This document shows, one piece after another, positions 28,863 to 37,895 of a DNA stretch of 57,004 nt. Below the pieces are notes generated by a model that had not been told where the DNA came from, ran no database searches, and saw only the letters and a program-made list of their open reading frames with translations. Every line of letters starts with the position of its first letter. The first letter of the stretch is position 1. This DNA comes from Clostridia bacterium DTU068 (GTDB taxonomy: Bacteria; Bacillota; DSM-12270; Thermacetogeniales; Thermacetogeniaceae): positions 1 to 57,004 of the forward strand of contig LFTQ01000162.1 of assembly GCA_001513545.1 (NCBI GenBank), written 5' to 3'. Made by a program: the position numbers and the translations under genes.

Positions 28863-30932
28863 GTGAAAGGTAAAATAAACAGGAATAGGTTGTTGTCAGG
28901 AAAACAACTGGCTGAAATAAAGGTTTCATCTCTGCCGAAAATTGGGGATAAGAGGGCAGAGCTGTTTCATAAAATCGGAATTTATAATCTTTTTGATCTG
29001 CTCTACTATTTTCCCAGACGTTATGAGGACAGGCGGTTTGTTGAAGGGCTGGATGGGGTAACAACCGGTGAGCAAGTTACGGTTTTTGGCAGGATTATAA
29101 GTGTTGAAGAGGTAAAACTGCGCCGTAATATGAGCCTGCTGAGGGTTGTTATACAGGGTAATTTCGGCAGTTGTACAGCATTATGGTTTAACCAGCCTTT
29201 TTTAAAGAGATCGCTGCACAGGGGTTTGCCCATCGCTGTGACAGGGAAGCTGGAGCGAAACCTATATGGCTGTGAGATATCTGTTAATGACTATGAAGCC
29301 GGAAGTTTAAAAAATCCGGTGCATGTAGGGCGTATTGTGCCCATTTACAGCAGTACAGAGAACTTAAGCCAGCGATTCCTAAGACGAATCATCTATCAGT
29401 GTGTAAGAAAGCACGCAAATAATATAAGAAACCACCTTCCAGAGGAATTGATCAGAGAATTAAATTTAATGCCCATTTCACAGGCTATAATGGAGATCCA
29501 TTTTCCCCGGGATGAAGATTCTCTGGTGAGAGCACGGGAGAGCCTGGTTTATGAAGAATTATTCCTTTTTCAAACAGGTTTGAATAGAATTCATGAAAAG
29601 GTCCGCAGTCAGGGTGTGGCACGCCGCCCCCAGACCACACTGCCGGAGGAATTTTTGAAAAAACTTCCCTATGCCCTTACAAAAGCACAGCAGAAAGCAA
29701 TGACTGAGATAAGGAATGATCTTTCCAGTAGGAAAAGGATGTACCGTTTACTGCAGGGTGATGTGGGCTGTGGGAAAACTGTTGTAGCCCTTTATGCACT
29801 GCTGTATGTTGTTGCATCAGGTTTTCAGGGTGCCTTGATGGCTCCCACAGAGGTTCTCGCTGAACAGCATTTCCTGAGTATCAGCAAATTGGTTTCCGGC
29901 CTTGGAGTCAATGTGGATATTCTTACAGGGTCGCTGGGTAAAAAGGAAAAGGAACAATCCCTTCAATCGATTAAAAGCGGTATGACCGATATTGTGGTCG
30001 GCACCCATGCTCTGTTGGAGGATGATGTTGTTTTTAACCATCTAGGGTTGGTAGTTATCGATGAGCAGCACAGATTCGGGGTTCAACAGCGGGATCTCTT
30101 ATTGAACAAGGCCGCAGCCCCTGATGTTTTGGTTATGACAGCTACCCCCATACCCCGCAGTTTAACTTTGACCGTTTACGGTGATCTTGATCTAACGATT
30201 ATCAATGAACTGCCTCCAGGTAGAAAAAAAATAAAAACATTTTTTTTACCTGCTAAGGAAAAATCAAGGGTTTATAGCTTTGTTAGAAAAGAGTTGGAAG
30301 CGGGGCGTCAGGTCTATGTGGTTTGTCCCCTGATCCAGGAATCTGAGCATTTTGCTGTGGAAGCAGCAGTTAAAAGATATGAGGAGTTATGCCGGGAGTT
30401 TTCCGGTTTTAATGTGGGTCTTATTCATGGAAAATTGAAAATCGATGAAAAAGAGGGGGTAATGGATGCTTTTCGCAGGGGGGAGGTTGATCTCCTAGTA
30501 GCCACCTCAGTAATTGAAGTTGGGATTGATGTAACTAACGCCTCAGTGATCATAATTGAGGGAGTGGAGCGTTTCGGTCTGTCCCAACTCCACCAGTTAA
30601 GGGGACGGGTTGGGAGAGGGACCCAGGAGAGTTATTGTGTTTTGGTCGGCAATCCAAACACCAGGGAAGCCATAGAGCGCATCAAAATTATGGTAAACTG
30701 CCATGATGGTTTTCAGGTTGCTGAAAAGGATCTGGCATTAAGAGGGCCGGGAGAACTCCTTGGAATAAAACAACATGGTTATTCTGATTTTCGGGTAGTT
30801 GATATTATTAATGATCTGCCTCATTTTTTAAAAATGAAAAAATATAACTATCTTACCAAAATAGATCAACATGATTTGTGGGAAGAGATCAATTTCCGCT
30901 TTCCTTCATTATTTAATGTTTTAAAAATTTAA
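28863..30932 (+). CDS. recG: ATP-dependent DNA helicase RecG
   Basis: Wedge domain, Walker A GDVGCGKT, DEQHRFG, and QLRGRVGRG. Confidence 0.95.
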   Translation: MKGKINRNRLLSGKQLAEIKVSSLPKIGDKRAELFHKIGIYNLFDLLYYFPRRYEDRRFVEGLDGVTTGEQVTVFGRIISVEEVKLRRNMSLLRVVIQGNFGSCTALWFNQPFLKRSLHRGLPIAVTGKLERNLYGCEISVNDYEAGSLKNPVHVGRIVPIYSSTENLSQRFLRRIIYQCVRKHANNIRNHLPEELIRELNLMPISQAIMEIHFPRDEDSLVRARESLVYEELFLFQTGLNRIHEKVRSQGVARRPQTTLPEEFLKKLPYALTKAQQKAMTEIRNDLSSRKRMYRLLQGDVGCGKTVVALYALLYVVASGFQGALMAPTEVLAEQHFLSISKLVSGLGVNVDILTGSLGKKEKEQSLQSIKSGMTDIVVGTHALLEDDVVFNHLGLVVIDEQHRFGVQQRDLLLNKAAAPDVLVMTATPIPRSLTLTVYGDLDLTIINELPPGRKKIKTFFLPAKEKSRVYSFVRKELEAGRQVYVVCPLIQESEHFAVEAAVKRYEELCREFSGFNVGLIHGKLKIDEKEGVMDAFRRGEVDLLVATSVIEVGIDVTNASVIIIEGVERFGLSQLHQLRGRVGRGTQESYCVLVGNPNTREAIERIKIMVNCHDGFQVAEKDLALRGPGELLGIKQHGYSDFRVVDIINDLPHFLKMKKYNYLTKIDQHDLWEEINFRFPSLFNVLKI

Positions 30933-30975
30933 TGTTTTTAAAAATATAACAAAATATATCCAAATAATAATAAAA

Positions 30976-31005
30976 AACCTCACTGAACCGAAGTGAGGTT
31001 TTTTT
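30976..31005 (+). terminator. Rho-independent terminator after recG
   Basis: 9-bp stem AACCTCACT/AGTGAGGTT, 7-nt loop, then a T run. Confidence 0.85.
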
Positions 31006-31080
31006 GGTTCGATCTTACTTGTATGTGATAAATGGTTTTTGCTCACAATGTTAATACAACGAAAAAAATTAAAGCAAACC

Positions 31081-31111
31081 TGCATAAATAAGGTGCTTAT
31101 CGAAAATACTT
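31081..31111 (+). promoter_or_regulatory. Possible forespore (sigma-G/F type) promoter of the SASP genes
   Basis: TGCATA, 17-18 nt, AATACTT resembles the sigma-G consensus TGAATA / CATACTA. No separate promoter is visible for the second SASP gene. Confidence 0.4.
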
Positions 31112-31171
31112 ACTAGGATAAAAAACTTTTAGATGTACATAATAAAAACACACAAGAAAGGAGGGATATAA

Positions 31172-31438
31172 ATGGGCACAGGTCAAAAACGAAACAGACT
31201 CCTTGTTCCAGAGGCTAGCAAAGCAATGTATCAGTTCAAGTATGAAATGGCCCGTGAGGTGGGAGTAGAAAATCAGATCCAAGGGGATTATTGGGGGTAT
31301 ATTTCCTCCCGTGACTGCGGTGCTGTTGGTGGTGCTATGGTAAGGCATATGATACAAACCATTGAACAGCAAATTGCCCAGCAAGGAAACCCCTCCCAGA
31401 CCATCGCGGCTACTAACACAAATACTCAGCCTAGCTAA
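31172..31438 (+). CDS. Alpha/beta-type small acid-soluble spore protein
   Basis: LLVPEASKAMYQFKYEMAREVGV and GYISSRDCGAVGGAMVR motifs. Confidence 0.95.
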   Translation: MGTGQKRNRLLVPEASKAMYQFKYEMAREVGVENQIQGDYWGYISSRDCGAVGGAMVRHMIQTIEQQIAQQGNPSQTIAATNTNTQPS

Positions 31439-31470
31439 TTCAACATTACACGGAAAGGAGGCAAATAGAA

Positions 31471-31713
31471 ATGGGTAGTGGACAAAAAAGGAACCAATTG
31501 TTAGTGCCTGAAGCCAATAAGGCTATGTACCAGTTCAAATATGAAATGGCCAATGAGGTCGGTATCGCAAATCAAATTCAGGGTGATTACTGGGGACATA
31601 TATCTTCAAGGGATTGTGGAGCGGTCGGAGGCGCAATGGTCAGGCGCATGATTCAGCAGTACCAGCAGAGTCTTGCTAACCAGCAGCCCCAGACCACAAC
31701 CACAATCCAGTAA
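31471..31713 (+). CDS. Alpha/beta-type small acid-soluble spore protein (tandem paralog)
   Basis: LLVPEANKAMYQFKYEMANEVGI and GHISSRDCGAVGGAMVR motifs. Confidence 0.95.
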   Translation: MGSGQKRNQLLVPEANKAMYQFKYEMANEVGIANQIQGDYWGHISSRDCGAVGGAMVRRMIQQYQQSLANQQPQTTTTIQ

Positions 31714-31744
31714 AACAACTATCATGAATAAACCCATCACACCA

Positions 31745-31776
31745 GGCGGACATGAATATGTCCGCCATGATTTTTT
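31745..31776 (+). terminator. Rho-independent terminator after the SASP pair
   Basis: GGCGGACAT / ATGTCCGCC stem with a GAAT loop, then ATGATTTTTT. It abuts the convergent gpr stop codon. Confidence 0.8.
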
Positions 31777-32731
31777 ATAAAATAAGAGCATCTAACTCTT
31801 CTCGTGGTACCCGGGGATGCAGAGCCATGGTAATTCCTCTGTTGATTGTCCGGCTTGCGTTTTCAATCAAGTCATCTATCTCCCTGGGAGTTACCACAAG
31901 TGAACCCTGAAATGGTTCCAAGACATCAGATATGGTTTCCTGAATATAAACCGGGTGCTGTTTGCCACGGGAAAATTTGTTGGCATAAGTTTCTAAAACA
32001 GCTCTGCCGATAACCGAGGCATTTACTACGGTCGGCACCCCAATAGCGATCACAGGAACACCCATAGTGTGGAAATTGATTTCAGCTCTTCTGTTGTTTA
32101 CACCAGAACCAGGAGCGATACCGGTATCGCTGATCTGAATGGTTGTACCCAGCCGATTGATATTGGCTGCTGCTAAGGCGTCGATGGCAATAATCACATT
32201 GGGCTGGACCTTTTCTACAACCCCTCTGATAATTTCCGCTGTTTCGATACCTGTAATCCCCAACACACCTGGTGCTATAGCACATACTGACAGGTAGTTC
32301 TGTACGGCATCTGGCATGTGTTTGAAAAGATGACGGGTAACCAGTGTGTATTTAACAACAGATGGTCCCAGAGCATCAGGAGTTGCCTGCCAATTGCCCA
32401 AACCGATGATCAGAGCTGTTTCCTCACCTTTCAAATGGAGCAGGTTGCTGAGTTGCTGTGACAGAGCTTCTGCAACACTTAGTTGAACTTCAGGGGATTT
32501 GTATTTTAATTCAGGTGCCTCAATGGTGATATAAGTCCCTCGAGGTTTACCCATAACCTTTTCCGCAGCTTCATCCTCAATTTTAATTATTGTTATGCTG
32601 CCATAAGGAAAAGTTTGCTTATCCTCAATCACTCCAGCTATCTCCTGACCGGTTGCACCCCTCACCAGATCCCGTGTTTCCAAAGCCAGGTCCGTGTAAT
32701 ATTGTTCAGAGGAAAAATCGATGTTGTCCAA
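31775..32731 (-). CDS. gpr: Spore germination protease Gpr
   Basis: YTDLALE start region, GLGNWQATPDALGP and DTGIAPGSGVNN motifs. A TTG start at 32731 follows AAAGGAG; the ORF track extends to 32776. Confidence 0.9.
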   Translation of the reverse strand: MDNIDFSSEQYYTDLALETRDLVRGATGQEIAGVIEDKQTFPYGSITIIKIEDEAAEKVMGKPRGTYITIEAPELKYKSPEVQLSVAEALSQQLSNLLHLKGEETALIIGLGNWQATPDALGPSVVKYTLVTRHLFKHMPDAVQNYLSVCAIAPGVLGITGIETAEIIRGVVEKVQPNVIIAIDALAAANINRLGTTIQISDTGIAPGSGVNNRRAEINFHTMGVPVIAIGVPTVVNASVIGRAVLETYANKFSRGKQHPVYIQETISDVLEPFQGSLVVTPREIDDLIENASRTINRGITMALHPRVPREELDALIL

Positions 32732-32865
32732 CTTAAATCTCCTTTTAAACCTAATCTTTGCAGTTATTTTTATCAAATATTTAATATTTATACATCTTAA
32801 TTTGTTTTGAAATGATTTGTTTCATAAGAAAAGGTTTTATAGCAATTTGTCGAATATAAAAATAG

Positions 32866-33471
32866 GTGAGGGTTATGGAATGGTTTATTGAATTAGATCA
32901 GGTAAACGATTTAGAGCAATTAAAGCAGTATTGTGTTCAGTGCCGTGACTGTGATCTTGGCAAAAATGGTTCACATGTGGTTTTCGGTGAAGGTAATCCT
33001 GCTGCCAAATTGATGTTTGTGGGTGAGGCTCCTGGAGCTGAGGAAGAGCGTCTGCAGCGACCATTTGTGGGTGCGGCAGGACAGCTGCTTGACAAAATAT
33101 TAGGAGCAGTCGGAATTGTGCGAGAGGAGGTCTATATTACCAATATTGTTAAGTGCCGACCTCCTCAAAACCGTTTTCCGAAAAAAGAAGAGTCTGATCG
33201 GTGTTTTGTTTATCTAGCTCGTCAGATTGAACTGATTCAACCCAAACTGATCGTCTGCCTGGGAGCACTGGCAACTCGGTATCTGGTCCATCAAGAAGCT
33301 TCGGTAACGGCTGTGCGTGGGGAGGTTTTTGTTAAGGGTGGGATCCGGATTATTCCCACCTATCATCCGGCAGCTCTTCTAAGGGATCCCAGTAAGAAAA
33401 AACCTGTCTGGAGAGACTTTCAGTTGATTAATAGTTTTTATCAGGAGGTAATTGCAAAAAAAAAGCCGTAA
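32866..33471 (+). CDS. Family 4 uracil-DNA glycosylase (Fe-S type)
   Basis: CxxCxxC region, GEGNPAAKLMFVGEAPGAEEE, PFVGAAGQLL and KCRPP motifs. ATG 32875 is an alternative start. Confidence 0.9.
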   Translation: MRVMEWFIELDQVNDLEQLKQYCVQCRDCDLGKNGSHVVFGEGNPAAKLMFVGEAPGAEEERLQRPFVGAAGQLLDKILGAVGIVREEVYITNIVKCRPPQNRFPKKEESDRCFVYLARQIELIQPKLIVCLGALATRYLVHQEASVTAVRGEVFVKGGIRIIPTYHPAALLRDPSKKKPVWRDFQLINSFYQEVIAKKKP

Positions 33472-33675
33472 GATCATTAACTTACGGCTTGATTTGCTCG
33501 CCATTGAGACGTACCTTCTGGTAACGATCTCAATGGCGTGGGAGAGGAGAAACTGGAGGAAGAGCTCATGGAGTAGAGCCTACTGCATTATGTGCTGCAT
33601 TTATGCTGCCACATCATGTTTCGACTGCCCCCTCCATGAAGACCCTTTAGCCGTTTCTATTTTTACCTAATAATG
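33455..33675 (-). ncRNA. Candidate orphan structured sRNA; the 5' end is approximate
   Basis: Three stable hairpins lie in a gap with no coding potential. On the minus strand they end in the hairpin plus U-run. Unclassified; see findings. Confidence 0.35.
33464..33489. terminator. Bidirectional terminator hairpin overlapping the udg stop
   Basis: 9-bp stem AGCCGTAAG/CTTACGGCT. An A8-9 run lies on the left, giving a U-run for minus-strand transcripts. TGATTTGCT lies on the right. Confidence 0.7.
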
Positions 33676-33766
33676 ATTTTTTATACATAAAAACAACAAA
33701 AATAATCAGGTATTTTATACCATATTATTAATAAATAAACACTTTTATTAGATAAATAAACGCTAA

Positions 33767-33795
33767 TTGTAAATGATGGACAGTCAGGGTATAAT
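33767..33795 (+). promoter_or_regulatory. Sigma-A type promoter of rsmD-coaD
   Basis: TTGTAA (33767-33772), 17 nt, TATAAT (33790-33795). Confidence 0.65.
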
Positions 33796-33825
33796 TTTGT
33801 TATTAAGCAAAGTTTTACAGGTGAT

Positions 33826-34380
33826 ATGATGTCACAGCCGCGAGTGATCGGCGGAATTGCTAAAGGAAAACGTTTGAAAACCAGAAATGTAAAGCATCTC
33901 CGCCCTGCTACAGATTTTGTCAAAGAAGCTTTATTTAATATTTTAATGCTGTGTGTGCCGGGCAGCCGCTTTTTGGACCTGTTCGCAGGCACCGGCAGCA
34001 TAGGTATTGAGGCTCTGAGCAGAGGTGCAGATAAGGTTTGTTTTGTAGAAAGGGATCCCCTAAACGTAAAACTGATAAAGGAAAATCTGCAGATTACAGG
34101 TTTTTCAGAACAGGCTGAGATATATACCAAGGATGTGTTTCAGGCGCTAAACCTAATACACCAAAAAGAATACCAGTTTGATATTATTTTTGTTGATCCC
34201 CCCTTTAGACAGGGTTTGTTAGTACCAACCGTAGAAAAGATTTGGGAACTAAGAATCCTTGCTGCTGGGGGCTGTATTATTACACGCAGTGCAAAAGGGG
34301 AAAAAAATCATTTTTCCAAACAGCCTCACAGGGAAGAGCGGTATGGTGACAGCATTTTGCATTTTTTCAAGTATAACTAA
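33826..34380 (+). CDS. rsmD: 16S rRNA (guanine966-N2)-methyltransferase RsmD (YlbH)
   Basis: RVIGGIAKGKRLK, LDLFAGTGSIGIEALSRGA and VDPPF motifs. Confidence 0.9.
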   Translation: MMSQPRVIGGIAKGKRLKTRNVKHLRPATDFVKEALFNILMLCVPGSRFLDLFAGTGSIGIEALSRGADKVCFVERDPLNVKLIKENLQITGFSEQAEIYTKDVFQALNLIHQKEYQFDIIFVDPPFRQGLLVPTVEKIWELRILAAGGCIITRSAKGEKNHFSKQPHREERYGDSILHFFKYN

Positions 34381-34401
34381 TTATAAGAAAGGTGGGGTGA
34401 A

Positions 34402-34896
34402 ATGAGAATTGCAGTTTACCCCGGCAGCTTTGATCCAATTACCTATGGACATCTGGATATCATTGAAAGGGCTGCTGATCTTTTTGACAGGGTTATTGTA
34501 GCAGTGAGCGTCAACAGCGGCAAAAAACCTCTTTTCTCCATTGAAGAACGGGTAGAAATGATCACCGCTGAGTGTCACCATATGAAAAATGTAGAAGTAA
34601 GGCATTTTCGCGGATTGCTGGTTGATTTTGCTGTTCAAAACAATGCCCGCTCCATTGTGCGTGGACTCCGTGCGGTTTCAGATTTCGAGTACGAATTTCA
34701 GATGGCTTTGACCAACCGCAAGCTTAACGCACAATTGGAGACCATCTTTTTGGTATCTCAACCTAACTACTCTTTTCTTAGTTCCAGTATTGTCAAGGAA
34801 ATTGCCAGTCTCGGTGGGGATATCAGCGGTTTTGTTTCACAGAATGTGGCAAACAGACTGCATACCAAATATCATCAACGAAATAATGAGGGGTGA
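34402..34896 (+). CDS. coaD: Phosphopantetheine adenylyltransferase
   Basis: AVYPGSFDPITYGHLDII and ISSSIVKEI motifs. Confidence 0.95.
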   Translation: MRIAVYPGSFDPITYGHLDIIERAADLFDRVIVAVSVNSGKKPLFSIEERVEMITAECHHMKNVEVRHFRGLLVDFAVQNNARSIVRGLRAVSDFEYEFQMALTNRKLNAQLETIFLVSQPNYSFLSSSIVKEIASLGGDISGFVSQNVANRLHTKYHQRNNEG

Positions 34897-34901
34897 GGAG
34901 A

Positions 34902-35348
34902 ATGGATTTGAATATTTTTAATGTTTTGGATGAACTCGAGGATATGGTGCAGAGCAGCAAAAAGGTACTGGGTAAGGTTCTCCTTGATGAAGAGGCACTG
35001 CTGGATTATGTTGATAAACTGAGAACCCTTCTCCCCGAAGAGGTCCACCAGGCTAAATGGTTGAACAAAGAAAGAGATCGCATGCTACAGGAAGCTCACC
35101 AAGAGGCGGAGAGGATTTTGAGCGATGCTCAAGCAGAGGTGAAGCGGTTGGCTGATGAAAGTGAGGTTGCAAAACTGGCAAGAGAAAATGCAGAAGAGAT
35201 TATAGCGCAGGCAAAAAGCCTGGCCAAGGAGATAAAAGACGGAGCCACTGAATATGCTGATGAAATATTATGCAAATTGGAAAAAAACATCAGTCAAAGC
35301 TTATCAGTGATCGGACAGGCGCGAGAAGAGTTAAGTAAAATGAAATAG
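34902..35348 (+). CDS. Conserved coiled-coil protein of unknown function (ATP synthase b/H-subunit-like heptads)
   Basis: 148 aa, highly charged and predicted all-helical (EAHQEAERILSDAQAEVKRLADESEVAKLARENAEEIIAQAK). ATG 34902 follows GAGGGG. Confidence 0.45.
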   Translation: MDLNIFNVLDELEDMVQSSKKVLGKVLLDEEALLDYVDKLRTLLPEEVHQAKWLNKERDRMLQEAHQEAERILSDAQAEVKRLADESEVAKLARENAEEIIAQAKSLAKEIKDGATEYADEILCKLEKNISQSLSVIGQAREELSKMK

Positions 35349-35374
35349 GATCAAGGGTTCTGATAAAAACGCGT

Positions 35375-36583
35375 TCAGCGGATGATGATGATCTTACGGA
35401 TTTTAAAAAAAGATCTTCCTATGAGATAACATGCAGCCAAAATAGCGCTCAACATTAAAAAGATACCAGCCCAAACCAGTGGGGGAATGCCAATTCCAGT
35501 GCTGGTTGGTACTGCCAGCATCTCCTGCAGAGGCAGACGGTAAACCAAAATAGTGATCAACATGGCCAGTGGTATTTGCAACAATCTGGTCAGGTAATAC
35601 TTTTTTACTTTTAGATCACTGTCTGCTAACATGCCGGTTACTTGTGCCTGGATGGCCAGCCCATTCCAGGCTAGCAGTGCTTCTATAGTCACCAGTTGGG
35701 TGAGTAATCCGGCTGAACTGCTGCTTATTGCCTGGATACCGATGGTAATTTCAAAAAAACCCATAAAAATTCCCTCAAGCAGTGTTCTGTCAATATCCAA
35801 GAATTGGGTCAGTGGTTGAAACAAATTGAGCAATAGGGAAAAGAACCCTGCTGCTCGCAGTATGCCGGCAAGAACTGAGAAAAAAGTGATAAAACCCCCA
35901 ATGGTCAGGATGGTGATGCAGGCATTACGTATAGTATCCCCAAACAGCTTGCCAAATCCCATATTTTTAAGTTCTGTTTGAGCGATAAAGGCATGTAAAG
36001 CTTTTTTAAAAACATGCCTTTTTTCCGTATATCCTGCGGGAGGAGAAAAAGATTTCAGTATCAGACCGCAGATGAAGTTAGAAAGGTAATGAATAGCGGC
36101 AATTAAGGGGCCCAAAGCTGGATTTTGGTACATCCCGATACCTACAGCACCTATCATAAAAAGCGGGCTGGCATTACTGGTAAAGGATAGAAGGCGTTCT
36201 CCCTCATTTCTATTGCACAGACCAGCTTGACGGAGTCTGCAGGTCAGAATGGCACAGAGGGGAAAACCGGAGAGGTAACTAACAGCCATGATAAAACCGC
36301 TGCAGCCGGGCAGGTTGAAAAGAGGTCTCATGGCCGGTTCCAGCAGTGTGCCCAAAAAGGCAACAAAACCCAGTTTCATCAAAAGCTCAGCTATAATAAA
36401 AAAAGGAAGCAGGCTGGGAAAGACGATTTCCCACCAGGTATTCAAACCCCGTCGGGCTGCTTCAAAGGAGGCCGAGGGGTAAGAGATCACTCCCAGGGCA
36501 TAAAGGAGACAAAGCACACTGAAAAATCCAGGGGCAATCATTGATTTATGATGTTTTAGCTTGAAAATTAACCCGGGAATCAT
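35375..36583 (-). CDS. ylbJ: Sporulation integral membrane protein YlbJ
   Basis: About 10 TM segments with nucleoside-recognition-like repeats (WWEIVFPSLLPFFI). Sits convergent to coaD as in Bacillus. ATG 36583 follows AGAGG; the ORF-track extension to 36865 is implausible. Confidence 0.75.
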   Translation of the reverse strand: MIPGLIFKLKHHKSMIAPGFFSVLCLLYALGVISYPSASFEAARRGLNTWWEIVFPSLLPFFIIAELLMKLGFVAFLGTLLEPAMRPLFNLPGCSGFIMAVSYLSGFPLCAILTCRLRQAGLCNRNEGERLLSFTSNASPLFMIGAVGIGMYQNPALGPLIAAIHYLSNFICGLILKSFSPPAGYTEKRHVFKKALHAFIAQTELKNMGFGKLFGDTIRNACITILTIGGFITFFSVLAGILRAAGFFSLLLNLFQPLTQFLDIDRTLLEGIFMGFFEITIGIQAISSSSAGLLTQLVTIEALLAWNGLAIQAQVTGMLADSDLKVKKYYLTRLLQIPLAMLITILVYRLPLQEMLAVPTSTGIGIPPLVWAGIFLMLSAILAACYLIGRSFFKIRKIIIIR

Positions 36584-36844
36584 TGAATTACCTCTTTTTT
36601 TTTCAATAAAAAAGTTTGTCTCGGAAGGATTATATATACTTGATGTAGAAATTATAACCAGGTTCCCCTTGTTTAGCCGCTTATTGTAAATGCACAATCC
36701 TGTTTGCTGCTGTTTAATTGCTAATAAAAGAGATATCCTAATAGGGATTAGCATAAGAGGGGGATGATTTATTTTCGGGGGTATCCATTGCTCTGGCCAA
36801 GAGCAAGGAGGTATTTGAAAAAAAGTATTTGGGAGGGAAAAAGA

Positions 36845-37882
36845 ATGGCTGTAGTGGCACCACAAAATCCGATTATGGAAGGTGTCTGGTCAAAAGCCCG
36901 TCAGGGGCAAAAGACTATTGTTTTGCCGGAAACAGAAGATGAACGTACTCTAGTTGCCGCTGAGATGATCGAAAAGGCAAATTTAGGAAAGATTGTTCTA
37001 CTAGGAGACAAAGATGACCTGAACAGGAGAGCAAAAGAAGCAGGGGCTAATATTGATAACCTTTCTATCATTGATCCAGCAAAGTCTGACAAGTTCGATT
37101 TCTATGCTGAAAAATTTTTTGAGATCAGAAAGGGAAAAGTAGCTTCCATTGATGATGCCAGAAAAATTCTTGAAAATTACCTTTATTTCGGAGCAATGAT
37201 GGTTAAGCTTGATGATGCAGATGGTATGGTCGCAGGCGCTGCTAATACCACAGCAGATGTTTTAAGACCTGCCTTTCAAATCATCAAAACTGCACCGGGA
37301 ATTTCTCTTGTATCAGCATATTTTGCCATGATTGTTCCTGATTGTGAATATGGTGAGAACGGTTTCTTCCTCTATGCTGATTCAGGCGGCCATCCCAACC
37401 CGACTGCCGAAGAACTAGCCGATATAGCTATCACCACCTGTGAGACAATCCAAAATATCTTTGGTGTTGAAAAAGCTTATGCAGCTATGCTTTCCTATTC
37501 AACCAAGGGTAGTGCCAAACACCCAATTGTGGATAAGGTTATTGAAGCCACAAAGATTGCTAACCAAAAGAGACCTGACCTGGCAATTGATGGCGAACTG
37601 CAGGGAGATGCTGCAATTGTGCCTCAAATCGGAGCGAAAAAGGCTCCAGGCAGTGCTGTGGCAGGAAAGGCCAACTGCTTGATTTTCCCTGACTTAAATT
37701 GCGGGAATATTGCCTATAAGTTAACAGAACGCCTGGCCAAAGCTGAGGCATATGGACCTCTGCTTCAGGGCTTGGACAAACCGGTTAATGATCTTTCTCG
37801 GGGTTGTAAGCCTACAGATATCGTCAATGTTGCCGCCATTGTAGCAGTGAAGGCAATGGTGCCTTATGGAAAAAGAGATTAA
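36845..37882 (+). CDS. pta: Phosphate acetyltransferase
   Basis: IVLPETEDERTL, GMVAGAANTTADVLRPA and IFPDLNCGNIAYKL motifs. ATG 36845 follows GGGAGGG. Confidence 0.9.
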   Translation: MAVVAPQNPIMEGVWSKARQGQKTIVLPETEDERTLVAAEMIEKANLGKIVLLGDKDDLNRRAKEAGANIDNLSIIDPAKSDKFDFYAEKFFEIRKGKVASIDDARKILENYLYFGAMMVKLDDADGMVAGAANTTADVLRPAFQIIKTAPGISLVSAYFAMIVPDCEYGENGFFLYADSGGHPNPTAEELADIAITTCETIQNIFGVEKAYAAMLSYSTKGSAKHPIVDKVIEATKIANQKRPDLAIDGELQGDAAIVPQIGAKKAPGSAVAGKANCLIFPDLNCGNIAYKLTERLAKAEAYGPLLQGLDKPVNDLSRGCKPTDIVNVAAIVAVKAMVPYGKRD

Positions 37883-37895
37883 GGGGGGCCTTTAA

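Noticed and set aside
31006-31020. GGTTCGATC T-loop-like motif after the recG terminator, considered as a tRNA fragment.
   Set aside because: No acceptor stem, anticodon arm or D-arm can be drawn around it.
32848-32854. Spo0A box TGTCGAA in the gpr-udg intergenic region.
   Set aside because: A single 7-mer is expected several times by chance in 57 kb, and there is no cluster of boxes.
33452-33670. 72-aa plus-strand ORF with a Cys-rich tail in the udg-rsmD gap. Also tiny SD-linked ORFs, e.g. GGAGGA-N7-ATG GAG TAG at about 33555-33575.
   Set aside because: The long ORF starts inside udg, lacks an SD and runs through the hairpins. The mini-ORFs are 2-8 codons and are best explained by the RNA structure. 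A type I toxin was considered, but no hydrophobic peptide is encoded.
33455-33675. 6S RNA as the identity of the candidate sRNA.
   Set aside because: The 5' and 3' portions do not pair into the long closing helix with a central bubble that defines 6S. The fold is three independent hairpins.
33681-34130. 149-aa minus-strand ORF overlapping the rsmD start and promoter.
   Set aside because: It overlaps a well-supported rsmD CDS, starts in AT-rich promoter DNA and has no recognisable domain.
36683-36698. Palindrome ATTGT-AAATGC-ACAAT upstream of pta, considered as a cre (CcpA) or Rex box.
   Set aside because: The spacing and central bases fit neither the cre consensus (central CG) nor the 18-bp Rex box TTGTGAA-N4-TTCACAA. 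A 5-bp inverted repeat is expected by chance.
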